NCBI GenBank assembly: GCA_937894465.1
Contig: CALCRE010000047.1
Location: 2,208 to 66,207 of the forward strand
From: an uncultured Clostridia bacterium
GTDB lineage: Bacteria; Bacillota; Clostridia; JAAYHZ01
Length of the DNA: 64,000 bases
Direction of reading: 5' to 3'
Each line of letters opens with the position of its first letter. Position 1 is the first letter of the stretch. This document shows positions 1 through 8,689 of this stretch, piece by piece. The position numbers were made by a program, and so were the translations under genes. Under the pieces are notes generated by a model that did no database searches, was not told where the DNA came from, and saw only the letters and a program-made list of their open reading frames with translations.

Positions 1-1
1 G

Positions 2-2077
2 GACATGCTCAACCTACCTGATTGTTGGTGCCCGAGTAATGATTGGATGAATACAGATTATTATTTGAAACATTTTTCCTATCAGCCCCGACCAGTACAA
101 ACCGCAATGTTGAATATACTTAAAAAAACGAACAATCCCGGTATAGTTATTCTTGAAGCTCCTATGGGTGAAGGAAAAACAGAAGCAGCGCTTGCTGCTG
201 CAGAATCAATGGCCTACACAACAAAGCGTAGTGGTATATTTTTTGCATTGCCGACTCAAGCCAGTGCTAACGGTCTGTTTTTACGAATTTGCCGTTGGAT
301 TGAAAAGTTAGGTGATGGTGTCGACCATTCGGTACAACTAGCACATGGTAAGGCGAACCTCAACGAGCTGTATAATTCTATAATTAAATCGACAAAAGAA
401 CAAGGTGCTTTTTGGGTAGGAGGCGAGGAAAGTGAAGGTACCGGAGATGATGCTATTATAGTTCATGATTGGTTTACCGGACGGAAAAAGGGTATCTTAG
501 CGGATTTTGTGATAGGCACTATCGATCAAGTCCTAATGGGTAGTCTTAAACAAAAGCATCTGGCACTACGTCATCTGGGACTTGCTAACAAAGTAGTGAT
601 TCTTGATGAATGCCACGCTTATGATGCTTATATGAGTCAATACCTGTATAAGGTTTTAAATTGGTTAGGAGCGTACAATGTTCCTGTGATTGTTCTTTCC
701 GCAACATTACCCGGTGACAAACGTAAGCAACTGATAGAATCCTACTTGAATCAAGACCCTTTAGTCGAACAAGAGTATGATCCGTTGTTTGATAATAATA
801 TTCATCAAGCCAAGTCGTTGCCTTCATGGGTTACCACTCTTGATTATCCGATCATTACATTGACGGATGGTTATAAAATTCTTCAAGAAAAGGTTCATGG
901 AAAACGACGTTCTATTAGTGTAGCGATAGATGTTTTATCGTCTGATGAGCAAATATTGACGATAATAGAAGATCTTCTATCTGATGGTGGATGTGCGGGG
1001 ATAATTGTAAATACCGTAAAAAAGGCGCAACAAATTGCGTGTTGCTTAAGAGAGCATTTTAATGAGGATTGCGTTTATCTGCTCCATTCTCGATTCATTG
1101 CTGCAGAACGTGCACAAAAAGAAAAAGTGTTGTTTGAAAAACTTGGTGCTGAGGGCAAACGCCCATATCGTTGCATAGTTGTCGGTACACAAATATTTGA
1201 ACAAAGTTGTGACTTGGATTTTGATGTGCTAATTTCTGATATTTGCCCTATGGAATTACTGATTCAACGCATTGGAAGATTACATAGACATAATCGGAAC
1301 AGACCGGACAAGCTACAAAACCCTGCTTGCTATATTTTGGGAATGAGTGAATCCGGATTTGATCGTGGTACTGAGTTAATCTATGGAAAATATCTGTTGA
1401 TGAATACACGAGCGTTGTTACCTTCTCAAATAAACTTACCAGATGATATTCCATTGCTTGTTCAAGAGACGTACCGTCCAGATGGACTAGCGATGCCACA
1501 GGCGTTATGTGATGAATATGAAGAAGCAAAAAGTTTACATGAAAGTCATATAGCTAAAAAACAAACAAAAGCAATGAATTTTCAAATTTCGGATCCATAC
1601 AAAGGTTTAGGTGATTTGGTAGGATGGTTGGATTCTAGTATAACTGAAGATCCATCTGGAAAGAGAGGTGAAGCAACTGTACGAGACACATATGATTCTA
1701 TCGAAGTTCTGGTTATACAACGCTGTAGTATGGGGTTCTATAAGATACCTTGGGGTACCAAATTTAGGAATGTTAAAATTCCTTATGATGTACCACCGGA
1801 ACCGGGGCTTGCAAAAGCAATAGCAGAATGTAGCATACAACTTCCTCACGAATTGTGTTGGGATATGGATAAGACAATCAAAGAACTTGAAAAAATTTCA
1901 CTACATGAATTACGAGCTTGGCAACAATCCAGTTGGCTCAAAGGTGAGTTGTTCTTGGTGCTCGATGATAAAAACAGTGCAGACCTTTGTGGATATTGCT
2001 TGCAATATGATGAGCTTTATGGATTATTATCAAATAAAATTGAAGAAGGGGATTTGAATGCAGGAAAAAGAATTTAA
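2..2077 (+). CDS. cas3: CRISPR-associated helicase Cas3 (type I-E), 5'-partial; only the helicase portion is in the window
   Basis: The reading frame is open to the window edge. Walker-A-like APMGEGKTEAAL, DExH-like LDECHAYD and the late helicase motif QRIGRLHRH are present. It is the first gene of a canonical I-E operon order. The expected N-terminal HD nuclease domain would lie upstream of position 1. Confidence 0.85.
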   Translation, partial: DMLNLPDCWCPSNDWMNTDYYLKHFSYQPRPVQTAMLNILKKTNNPGIVILEAPMGEGKTEAALAAAESMAYTTKRSGIFFALPTQASANGLFLRICRWIEKLGDGVDHSVQLAHGKANLNELYNSIIKSTKEQGAFWVGGEESEGTGDDAIIVHDWFTGRKKGILADFVIGTIDQVLMGSLKQKHLALRHLGLANKVVILDECHAYDAYMSQYLYKVLNWLGAYNVPVIVLSATLPGDKRKQLIESYLNQDPLVEQEYDPLFDNNIHQAKSLPSWVTTLDYPIITLTDGYKILQEKVHGKRRSISVAIDVLSSDEQILTIIEDLLSDGGCAGIIVNTVKKAQQIACCLREHFNEDCVYLLHSRFIAAERAQKEKVLFEKLGAEGKRPYRCIVVGTQIFEQSCDLDFDVLISDICPMELLIQRIGRLHRHNRNRPDKLQNPACYILGMSESGFDRGTELIYGKYLLMNTRALLPSQINLPDDIPLLVQETYRPDGLAMPQALCDEYEEAKSLHESHIAKKQTKAMNFQISDPYKGLGDLVGWLDSSITEDPSGKRGEATVRDTYDSIEVLVIQRCSMGFYKIPWGTKFRNVKIPYDVPPEPGLAKAIAECSIQLPHELCWDMDKTIKELEKISLHELRAWQQSSWLKGELFLVLDDKNSADLCGYCLQYDELYGLLSNKIEEGDLNAGKRI

Positions 2078-3653
2078 TTTATTATATGAACCATGGATTT
2101 TGGTGTTAACTCAAGAAGGTGAAACAAAGGAAGAATCCCTACTATCAGTACTAGAACATGCGCATGAGCTTCGCTGTATTTCCGGAGAGTTACCTACTCA
2201 GGACGTTGCTGTTTTGAGACTACTATTAGCCGTCTTACATGCGACTTTCACAAGAGTTGATGTGAAAGGAAATCAAGGGGGTATTAGTAATGCTATACAA
2301 GCATTAGAACGATGGGAAAATTTGTGGGAACTAAAGTGTTTTCCGGTAGAACCAATCAAAAAGCGTTTAATCTTCTATGAGGAACGTTTTTACCTTTTCC
2401 ATCCGGAGAGGCCCTTTTATCAGATCAGTGGCCTTAATTACGGGACAAGCTATACTGCAACGAAGCTATTGGGGAACCTATCCGAAAGTGGTAATAAAGT
2501 TAGGTTGTTTCCAGTTAGAACAGGGGATTCAAAACGTACAGTGTCATATGCCGAGGCAGCTAGATGGTTATTATATGTTAATGCTTTTGACGATACATCC
2601 GGTAAACCATCAAAACGAGGACAGAAAATGCCATCTCCCGGAGTGGGCTGGCTTGGTAAACTCGGATTGATTTATGCAGAAGGTTCAAGTCTTTTTGAAA
2701 CACTTATGTTGAACCTTGTGTTTTTAAATGATAAGAACGAGCCGTGGAGCAGTGGCAAAGCTACATGGGAAATTGATAAATCAAGAACAACGGAGCGGGT
2801 AGAAATTCCCTTACCCCAAGATCAAATTACATTACTTACATTACAATCACGCCGTTTACTCCTGCATCGAGAAGAGGGTAGCGTCAGTGGTTATTTGCTA
2901 CTAGGAGGTGACTTTTTTCCTAAAGAGAATTCGTTTACTGAACAAATGACACTCTGGAGAAAAGATCAAAAAAATGACATATATCATCCAAAACGTCACA
3001 ATCCGTCCAAACAATTATGGAGAGATTTCTCCTCACTTCTCGCAAGTAATAATGGCGCCAGAAAACCAGGTGTAGTTCATTGGTTATCATTATTGAAAGA
3101 TCATGATCTTATACGTAATAAGGTTATAATTAGTCTCCGTACTGCAAGTGTTAATTATGGAGATAAAGATTTCTTTGTAACTGATGTTTTTGAAGATTCT
3201 GTTTCAATCAATTCAAATATTCTGTCTCATCTTGGTGAGGAGTGGGTTATACGAATTATCAAGTTACTATCTGTCACTGAGGATTGTATAAGGTATATTG
3301 GTTATCTTGCCTCTGATTTGGCGATGGCTTGCGGTGACAGTGATAGCCAACATCATAAAGCCGGGGAAGGAAGCGGTAATGCTGCGAAGGCTGAAGCATA
3401 TTATCAAATGGACTTACCATTTCGAAAATGGCTTGCTGATATAAATCCGTCACAAACAGATCCGGATGAGGTAGAGCATGCTTGGAAGGAGACCGTAAGT
3501 CAGATACTCTTGAAACTCGGTGAAGAGATGGTGTATCGGACGGGAGAAAAAGGTATCACCGGTCGTTATGTCAATAATAGATACTATACTGCACCAAGTG
3601 CTTTGTTGAAGTTTCGTTCCAATGTAATACAAACATTAGAGAAAGGAGGTTAA
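2058..3653 (+). CDS. cse1: Cascade large subunit Cse1/CasA (Cas8e)
   Basis: 531 aa, with an N-terminal FNLLYEPWILV motif resembling the Cse1 N-terminus. Sits between cas3 and cse2 with a 20-nt overlap on cas3. Confidence 0.8.
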   Translation: MQEKEFNLLYEPWILVLTQEGETKEESLLSVLEHAHELRCISGELPTQDVAVLRLLLAVLHATFTRVDVKGNQGGISNAIQALERWENLWELKCFPVEPIKKRLIFYEERFYLFHPERPFYQISGLNYGTSYTATKLLGNLSESGNKVRLFPVRTGDSKRTVSYAEAARWLLYVNAFDDTSGKPSKRGQKMPSPGVGWLGKLGLIYAEGSSLFETLMLNLVFLNDKNEPWSSGKATWEIDKSRTTERVEIPLPQDQITLLTLQSRRLLLHREEGSVSGYLLLGGDFFPKENSFTEQMTLWRKDQKNDIYHPKRHNPSKQLWRDFSSLLASNNGARKPGVVHWLSLLKDHDLIRNKVIISLRTASVNYGDKDFFVTDVFEDSVSINSNILSHLGEEWVIRIIKLLSVTEDCIRYIGYLASDLAMACGDSDSQHHKAGEGSGNAAKAEAYYQMDLPFRKWLADINPSQTDPDEVEHAWKETVSQILLKLGEEMVYRTGEKGITGRYVNNRYYTAPSALLKFRSNVIQTLEKGG

Positions 3654-3654
3654 C

Positions 3655-4284
3655 ATGGAGGAAAGTAGGAATTTATCATACCTTATAAGGAAATTAACCG
3701 AGGAGAAGATCGAACGATTATTAATGGAAGATCCGTGGAGCCGTGCTATGCTAGCAAAATTGCGAAGAGGAATAGGGAAGCAACCGGGAGAACAACCGGA
3801 ACTATTTGAAATATTGCTTAATAATGTTCCGGAAGATCTATATGGGAAGGGTGACGAGGTCAGTAAACCCGTTTGGGCAATTTATACTGCATTGACATTG
3901 TTTGCACTACACCAGCAGGGTAACGAACAACCAATGAGTAATAGCGGTAATGCGGAGGGTAAAAAGCAGGGCAATTCTTTAGGTACTGCTGTCGGATACT
4001 TGGTAAAGAAAAATGATGAAGATCGAAAGAGTGCTGTAAAGCGCCGTTTTGATGCAGTGATAACCGCGAACGAATTTACTGAGTTTGCGTACCATGCGCG
4101 AAGTTTAATTCAATTGCTCAAAGCGGAGAAAATTACTTTAGATTATCCGCATTTGGCTGAGGACTTTTATTGGTACCAATTTGATGAAGTGAGAAATCGA
4201 ATTCGAATGCGCTGGGGCGAGGACTTTTATCGTATAGCGCAAAGGAATGATCATAAAGAAAACGGAGGAGTATGTAATGAGTAA
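3655..4284 (+). CDS. cse2: Cascade small subunit Cse2/CasB (Cas11e)
   Basis: 209-aa basic helical protein in the cse2 position, translationally coupled to cse1 and overlapping the cas7 start (ATGAGTAA). Confidence 0.7.
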   Translation: MEESRNLSYLIRKLTEEKIERLLMEDPWSRAMLAKLRRGIGKQPGEQPELFEILLNNVPEDLYGKGDEVSKPVWAIYTALTLFALHQQGNEQPMSNSGNAEGKKQGNSLGTAVGYLVKKNDEDRKSAVKRRFDAVITANEFTEFAYHARSLIQLLKAEKITLDYPHLAEDFYWYQFDEVRNRIRMRWGEDFYRIAQRNDHKENGGVCNE

Positions 4285-5362
4285 AATTAATAATCGGGTC
4301 TTTGTTGATATTCATGTTATCCAATCTCTGCCACCTAGTTGTGTCAACCGGGATGATACCGGTAGCCCGAAAACAGCAGTATATGGCGGTGTTCGCCGTG
4401 CAAGGATTTCGTCTCAATCTTGGAAACACGCTATGAGACAAATGTTTCGGGATTATTTTGATGAAATTGATCTGGGTGAAAGAACCAAAAAGATTGTTGA
4501 GAAAGTCGCAGAACAGATCCGTCTTTTATGTGAAATTGATTTGGAAGAAGCTATGACATTAGCTGAAAAAATCATTAACCAAACCGGGGTCGACACTAAA
4601 GACAAAGAGGCAAAAGCTCTCTTTTTTATGAGTAACAAACAAGCAGAGGCATTAGCACATATGGCTATTGTGGATCCTATTCCAAGTAAAAAAGAAGTAC
4701 AAGAAGCTTTAAATAAGGGTACAGGTGTAGATATAGCATTATTTGGACGTATGGTAGCTAATGATCCTGCTTTGAATGCAGATGCATCTGCGCAGGTAGC
4801 TCATGCGATTTCAACACACAAGGTAGAAAATGAATACGACTATTTTACTGCCATGGATGATCGTTCAGCAGAAGATCAGGCAGGTGCCGGTATGATCGGT
4901 ACAGTCGAATTTAATTCGTCTACTCTTTATCGTTATGCGACTGTTGCAGCTCATGATTTAAAAAAGAACCTTGGAGATGTAGCGATTTCCTCAAAAGCAA
5001 TCAAGGAATTTTTGCGAGCTTTTATATGTTCTATGCCCACCGGTAAGCAGAATACCTTTGCTAATAACACTCCGCCCTATGCAGTAATGGTGGCTATTCG
5101 CCAAGATCAGCCCATAAATTTTGTATGTGCTTTTGAGACACCGGTCAAGGCTAAAGAAGGTGGTTACCAGAGTAAGTCTGCAGTAGCATTAGCAAAGTAT
5201 GCGCAATTTGTTTATGATCGGTACTTTGCTGCACCAAAATATTCTTTTGTAATATCTATGGACAAGGAATTTGAAGGATTAGGTGATGCGGTCGAACTTC
5301 CCGATCTTTTAATTAAGGCAGAACAAATAGTGTACAAGCTCTTGCAAGAAAACGGGGTTTAA
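4277..5362 (+). CDS. cas7: Cascade backbone subunit Cas7e/CasC
   Basis: N-terminal VFVDIHVIQSLPPSCVNRDDTGSPK and GGVRRARISSQSWKH motifs match the CasC family. The start at ATG 4277 is preferred over ORF-track 4247 because of a GGAGGA ribosome-binding site 7 nt upstream. Confidence 0.85.
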   Translation: MSKINNRVFVDIHVIQSLPPSCVNRDDTGSPKTAVYGGVRRARISSQSWKHAMRQMFRDYFDEIDLGERTKKIVEKVAEQIRLLCEIDLEEAMTLAEKIINQTGVDTKDKEAKALFFMSNKQAEALAHMAIVDPIPSKKEVQEALNKGTGVDIALFGRMVANDPALNADASAQVAHAISTHKVENEYDYFTAMDDRSAEDQAGAGMIGTVEFNSSTLYRYATVAAHDLKKNLGDVAISSKAIKEFLRAFICSMPTGKQNTFANNTPPYAVMVAIRQDQPINFVCAFETPVKAKEGGYQSKSAVALAKYAQFVYDRYFAAPKYSFVISMDKEFEGLGDAVELPDLLIKAEQIVYKLLQENGV

Positions 5363-5364
5363 GC

Positions 5365-6087
5365 ATGAGTACATTATTACTACGATTAGCAGCACCTCTG
5401 CAATCTTGGGGCGTAGCAAGCAAATTTGACACTCGTGATACTGCAAGAGAACCGACCAAAAGTGGTGTGATTGGCTTGATTGCTGCAGCACTCGGTTGTA
5501 GTCGAACAGACAGTGGCGATGCCGCCAAGTGGCTTGAAAAGTTGAAAGATCTGAATTTTGCAGTACGAGTTGATCAAACCGGAGTGTTGTTGCGAGACTA
5601 TCATACAGCTAAGAAACTTAAGGACCAGACCTCCTTTGTCACCGTACGTTATTACTTAGCTGATGCGATTTTTCTAGTTGGCTTGGAGGGAGAAAAAAGT
5701 TTTTTGATGAAGCTTATGGAAGCATTACAAAATCCTGTTTTTCCTTTGTATCTTGGAAGGCGTTCTTGCCCTCCCACGGGCCGGATGGTTTTAGGAATAC
5801 GAGAACGGACACTTCAGCAAGCACTTGAGGAAGAATCTTGGCAAGCAAGTGAATGGTATCAAAAGAGAAAGTCATATCAAGCTAAGTTGACGATTGTTCG
5901 TGATGCAAAATCAAGTGAACAAGATGTCTTTTTAAGGAGAGATTTACCAATTTCTTTTGATCAAAGAAATCGCCGATATGGTTTTCGTTACGTGTCGGAC
6001 ATAGCTGAAGCGTTGTATGTATCGATACCTGAACGTGTTGCAGAGGAACCAACAGAGTGCGATGCAATGGAAGAATTGGAGGATTGA
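5365..6087 (+). CDS. cas5: Cascade subunit Cas5e/CasD
   Basis: N-terminal LLLRLAAPLQSWG...SGVIGLIAAALGCSR is the typical Cas5e glycine-rich signature. In the cas5 position. Confidence 0.8.
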   Translation: MSTLLLRLAAPLQSWGVASKFDTRDTAREPTKSGVIGLIAAALGCSRTDSGDAAKWLEKLKDLNFAVRVDQTGVLLRDYHTAKKLKDQTSFVTVRYYLADAIFLVGLEGEKSFLMKLMEALQNPVFPLYLGRRSCPPTGRMVLGIRERTLQQALEEESWQASEWYQKRKSYQAKLTIVRDAKSSEQDVFLRRDLPISFDQRNRRYGFRYVSDIAEALYVSIPERVAEEPTECDAMEELED

Positions 6088-6091
6088 TTAT

Positions 6092-6754
6092 ATGTATTTG
6101 TCTAGAATTGCGTTAAACACAAATAGAAAAGATACCATGACCGCTTTGGCTTCACCTCAGAAACTGCATGCAGCGGTGGAAAGCAGCTTTCCTCCAAGTG
6201 ATGAAAAAGCAAACCGAAATATTTGGCGCATTGATCGGTTAAACAATAATTTATATTTGCTTGTTCTCAGTGATAAGAAACCTGATTTTTTACATATAGT
6301 AGAGCAGTTTGGCTGGCCTGGCGCTGAGCAAAAGTGGGAAACCAAAGATTATACTATTTTGCTGGAGCGCATAAAAGAAGGTCAAACATGGCAGTTTCGG
6401 CTGAGAGCAAATCCGATACATCATGTAATAGCAAATGGTGAAACACAGACACAAGAAAAAAAGCAAAGAGGTAAGATTTATGCTCATGTCACAGAGGATC
6501 AGCAAAGCAAGTGGTTGCTAGATCGTGGAGAAAGATATGGATTTATGCTAAATGTTGACTCGTTTCGTGTTGTGCAACGAGACATAAAGAGATTTAAACA
6601 CCGTAATGGTTTTATAACATTGGGTATAGCTACGTATGAAGGGGTCTTGGAGGTTACGGATGTAACTTTGTTTCGAAATGCATTAATTAATGGTATAGGT
6701 CGAGCAAAAGCTTACGGGTGCGGTTTGATGACAATAGGTAAGGTGTCGACATGA
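6092..6754 (+). CDS. cas6e: crRNA endoribonuclease Cas6e/CasE
   Basis: Starts MYLSRIALNTNRKD (compare E. coli CasE MYLSKVII) with GGAGGA 8 nt upstream. The upstream in-frame ATG at 6017 would overlap cas5 by 70 nt and lacks a ribosome-binding site. The C-terminus carries the Gly-rich GIGRAKAYGCGLM motif. Confidence 0.8.
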   Translation: MYLSRIALNTNRKDTMTALASPQKLHAAVESSFPPSDEKANRNIWRIDRLNNNLYLLVLSDKKPDFLHIVEQFGWPGAEQKWETKDYTILLERIKEGQTWQFRLRANPIHHVIANGETQTQEKKQRGKIYAHVTEDQQSKWLLDRGERYGFMLNVDSFRVVQRDIKRFKHRNGFITLGIATYEGVLEVTDVTLFRNALINGIGRAKAYGCGLMTIGKVST

Positions 6755-7773
6755 GCGGTAATAGCGGAAAAATAAAGCCGAATCTTCAAGCTTTACCTGT
6801 TATTAAAGAACGAATCTCCTTCTTGTATTTAGAACGGTGTTTGGTTAATCGTCATGATAATGCTATTACAATAACAGATATCCGTGGTACAGTGTATGTC
6901 CCCGCCGCTGTTCTTTGTGTCATCATGCTAGGACCAGGCACAAATATCACACATCGCGCTATGGAACTCATTGGTGATACAGGAACTAGCGTTTTATGGA
7001 TCGGTGAACACGGAGTGCGCTATTATGCTCATGGGCGGCCATTGACGCACTCTGCTCGTTTACTGATACAACAGGCAGAACTGGTATCCAATACACGTAG
7101 CCGTTTAGCTGTTGCTCGCCGTATGTATTCTATGCGTTTTGAAGGTGAAGATGTCTCTAAGATGAGTATGCAACAATTACGAGGAAGAGAAGGTTCAAGG
7201 ATTCGCGCTGTTTACCGTGAGGCGTCTGATAAAACGGGAGTTCCTTGGAACAAACGAGAGTACGACCCTAATAATTTTACAGCAAGTGATCCTGTAAACA
7301 TGGCGCTATCCTCCGCACATGCATGCCTATACGGTGTGGCACATAGTGTTATCGTGGCATTGGGGTGCTCCCCGGGTCTTGGTTTTGTACATACAGGACA
7401 CGAGAGATCATTTGTTTATGATATCGCTGATCTCTATAAAGCAGAAATAACAATACCGATTGCATTTAAGGTTGCAGCACAACAACCGGAGGATATTGGC
7501 TCAGTGACCAGACGTGCTGTTCGTGATGCTATATCTGATGGTATGATTTTAGAACGCATGGTAAAAGATATTCGTGAGCTGATTTTAGGTTTTTCAGAAG
7601 ATGGTTCATCATTAGATGTTCCGGAAATTGAAACTAATATTATAAAACTATGGGACGAAAAGAATGGTTTTGTGAAAAATGCAGTTTCTTATGGAAAAGA
7701 ATTGGATGATATGGAATCCGAGATGATAGATTTTATTGAAGGTTACGGCACGTTTGTGGAGGAAGAGACATGA
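6751..7773 (+). CDS. cas1: CRISPR integrase Cas1 (I-E)
   Basis: Strong similarity to E. coli Cas1 (YgbT) throughout (ISFLYLERC, LGPGT, FVHTGHERSFVYDIADLYKAE). Start overlaps the cas6e stop (ATGA). Confidence 0.9.
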   Translation: MSGNSGKIKPNLQALPVIKERISFLYLERCLVNRHDNAITITDIRGTVYVPAAVLCVIMLGPGTNITHRAMELIGDTGTSVLWIGEHGVRYYAHGRPLTHSARLLIQQAELVSNTRSRLAVARRMYSMRFEGEDVSKMSMQQLRGREGSRIRAVYREASDKTGVPWNKREYDPNNFTASDPVNMALSSAHACLYGVAHSVIVALGCSPGLGFVHTGHERSFVYDIADLYKAEITIPIAFKVAAQQPEDIGSVTRRAVRDAISDGMILERMVKDIRELILGFSEDGSSLDVPEIETNIIKLWDEKNGFVKNAVSYGKELDDMESEMIDFIEGYGTFVEEET

Positions 7774-8654
7774 TAGTCATATCTTTAGCGGATTGTCCTG
7801 TCAGTTTGCGTGGTGATCTTACAAAATGGTTGATGGAAATAAGCGCAGGAGTATTTGTCGGACAAGTCAGTGCACGAGTTCGAGATCATCTATGGGAACT
7901 TATTAAGAAAACGGCCAAGAATGGTAAAGCGATAATGGTATTCAATACTAATAACGAGCAACGATTGGATTTCCGTGTTTATAATAATACGTGGGAGCCT
8001 ATTGATTTTGATGGTATAAAGTTGATGCTTCGACCTAGCCCTTCTCGGATTAAGCATTTAAGTGAACTCCGTTTAGGTTATAGTAAAGCAAGTAAAAGAC
8101 AGATAGCGAAGCAAGCTGCCAATAAACAAAGTTCCAATTTACCTGGTTCATATGTTGTAGTAGATGTTGAAACAAGTGGACTTAATCTAGAAGAACATAA
8201 AATAATTGAGATCGGAGCAATTCGTGTAGAAGATCATTGTATAGCAGAACGATTTTCTTTACTAGTGCGACTAGAAGAAGCTATTCCAACACAAATAGAA
8301 GAGCTAACAGGCATTACGAACGATTTATTACAAAAAGAAGGTATTGACATAGAAATTGCCTTAAAACAATTCATCTCCTTTGTACGTGATTTACCCATGG
8401 TATCCCATAATGCGGATTTCGACTATAGATTCCTACGCAAAGCATGCGACGATTGCAATATTTCATATATCGGCAATAGGTGCTTCGATACACTAACACT
8501 TGCCCGAAGGAAAATTAGGCAGATTGACAATTTCAAGTTGAGTACGCTAGCAAATTATTTTGGAATTGTAATTGCGAAACAACATCGAAGCATTGATGAC
8601 TGTGAAATAACCTATCAAATCTATGAGAAACTCATTAATTTAGACAAATTTTAA
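7770..8654 (+). CDS. cas2: Cas2 fused to a DnaQ-like DEDDh 3'-5' exonuclease domain
   Basis: The N-terminal ~95 aa has the Cas2e fold pattern (MIVISLADCPVSLRGDLTKWL...). The C-terminal domain carries Exo I VVDVETSG, Exo II SHNADFDYRFL and Exo III HRSIDDCEITYQI motifs of the DnaQ/epsilon family. Start overlaps the cas1 stop. Confidence 0.85.
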   Translation: MIVISLADCPVSLRGDLTKWLMEISAGVFVGQVSARVRDHLWELIKKTAKNGKAIMVFNTNNEQRLDFRVYNNTWEPIDFDGIKLMLRPSPSRIKHLSELRLGYSKASKRQIAKQAANKQSSNLPGSYVVVDVETSGLNLEEHKIIEIGAIRVEDHCIAERFSLLVRLEEAIPTQIEELTGITNDLLQKEGIDIEIALKQFISFVRDLPMVSHNADFDYRFLRKACDDCNISYIGNRCFDTLTLARRKIRQIDNFKLSTLANYFGIVIAKQHRSIDDCEITYQIYEKLINLDKF

Positions 8655-8660
8655 AACTGA

Positions 8661-8688
8661 AACTGGCTTCACAGGCCAGTTTTCTTAG
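8661..8688 (+). terminator. Hairpin (AACTGGC-7 nt-GCCAGTT) followed by a T-rich tract between the cas2 stop and the first CRISPR repeat
   Basis: Seen directly in sequence: a 7-bp stem and TTTTCTT tail. It sits where a leader would be expected, so it could be a terminator or a leader structural element. Confidence 0.4.
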
Positions 8689-8689
8689 T

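Noticed and set aside
2377-2670. 97-aa + ORF inside cse1 in another frame
   Set aside because: Fully internal to a well-supported cas gene, with no ribosome-binding site.
6017-6091. Upstream in-frame ATG for cas6e proposed by the ORF track
   Set aside because: It would overlap cas5 by 70 nt. ATG 6092 has GGAGGA spacing and gives an N-terminus (MYLSRIALN) matching CasE.
8560-8660. Search for a sigma-A promoter for the CRISPR array within the last 100 bp of cas2
   Set aside because: Only weak hexamers (TTGATG / TTAGAC) with wrong spacing. Nothing supportable.
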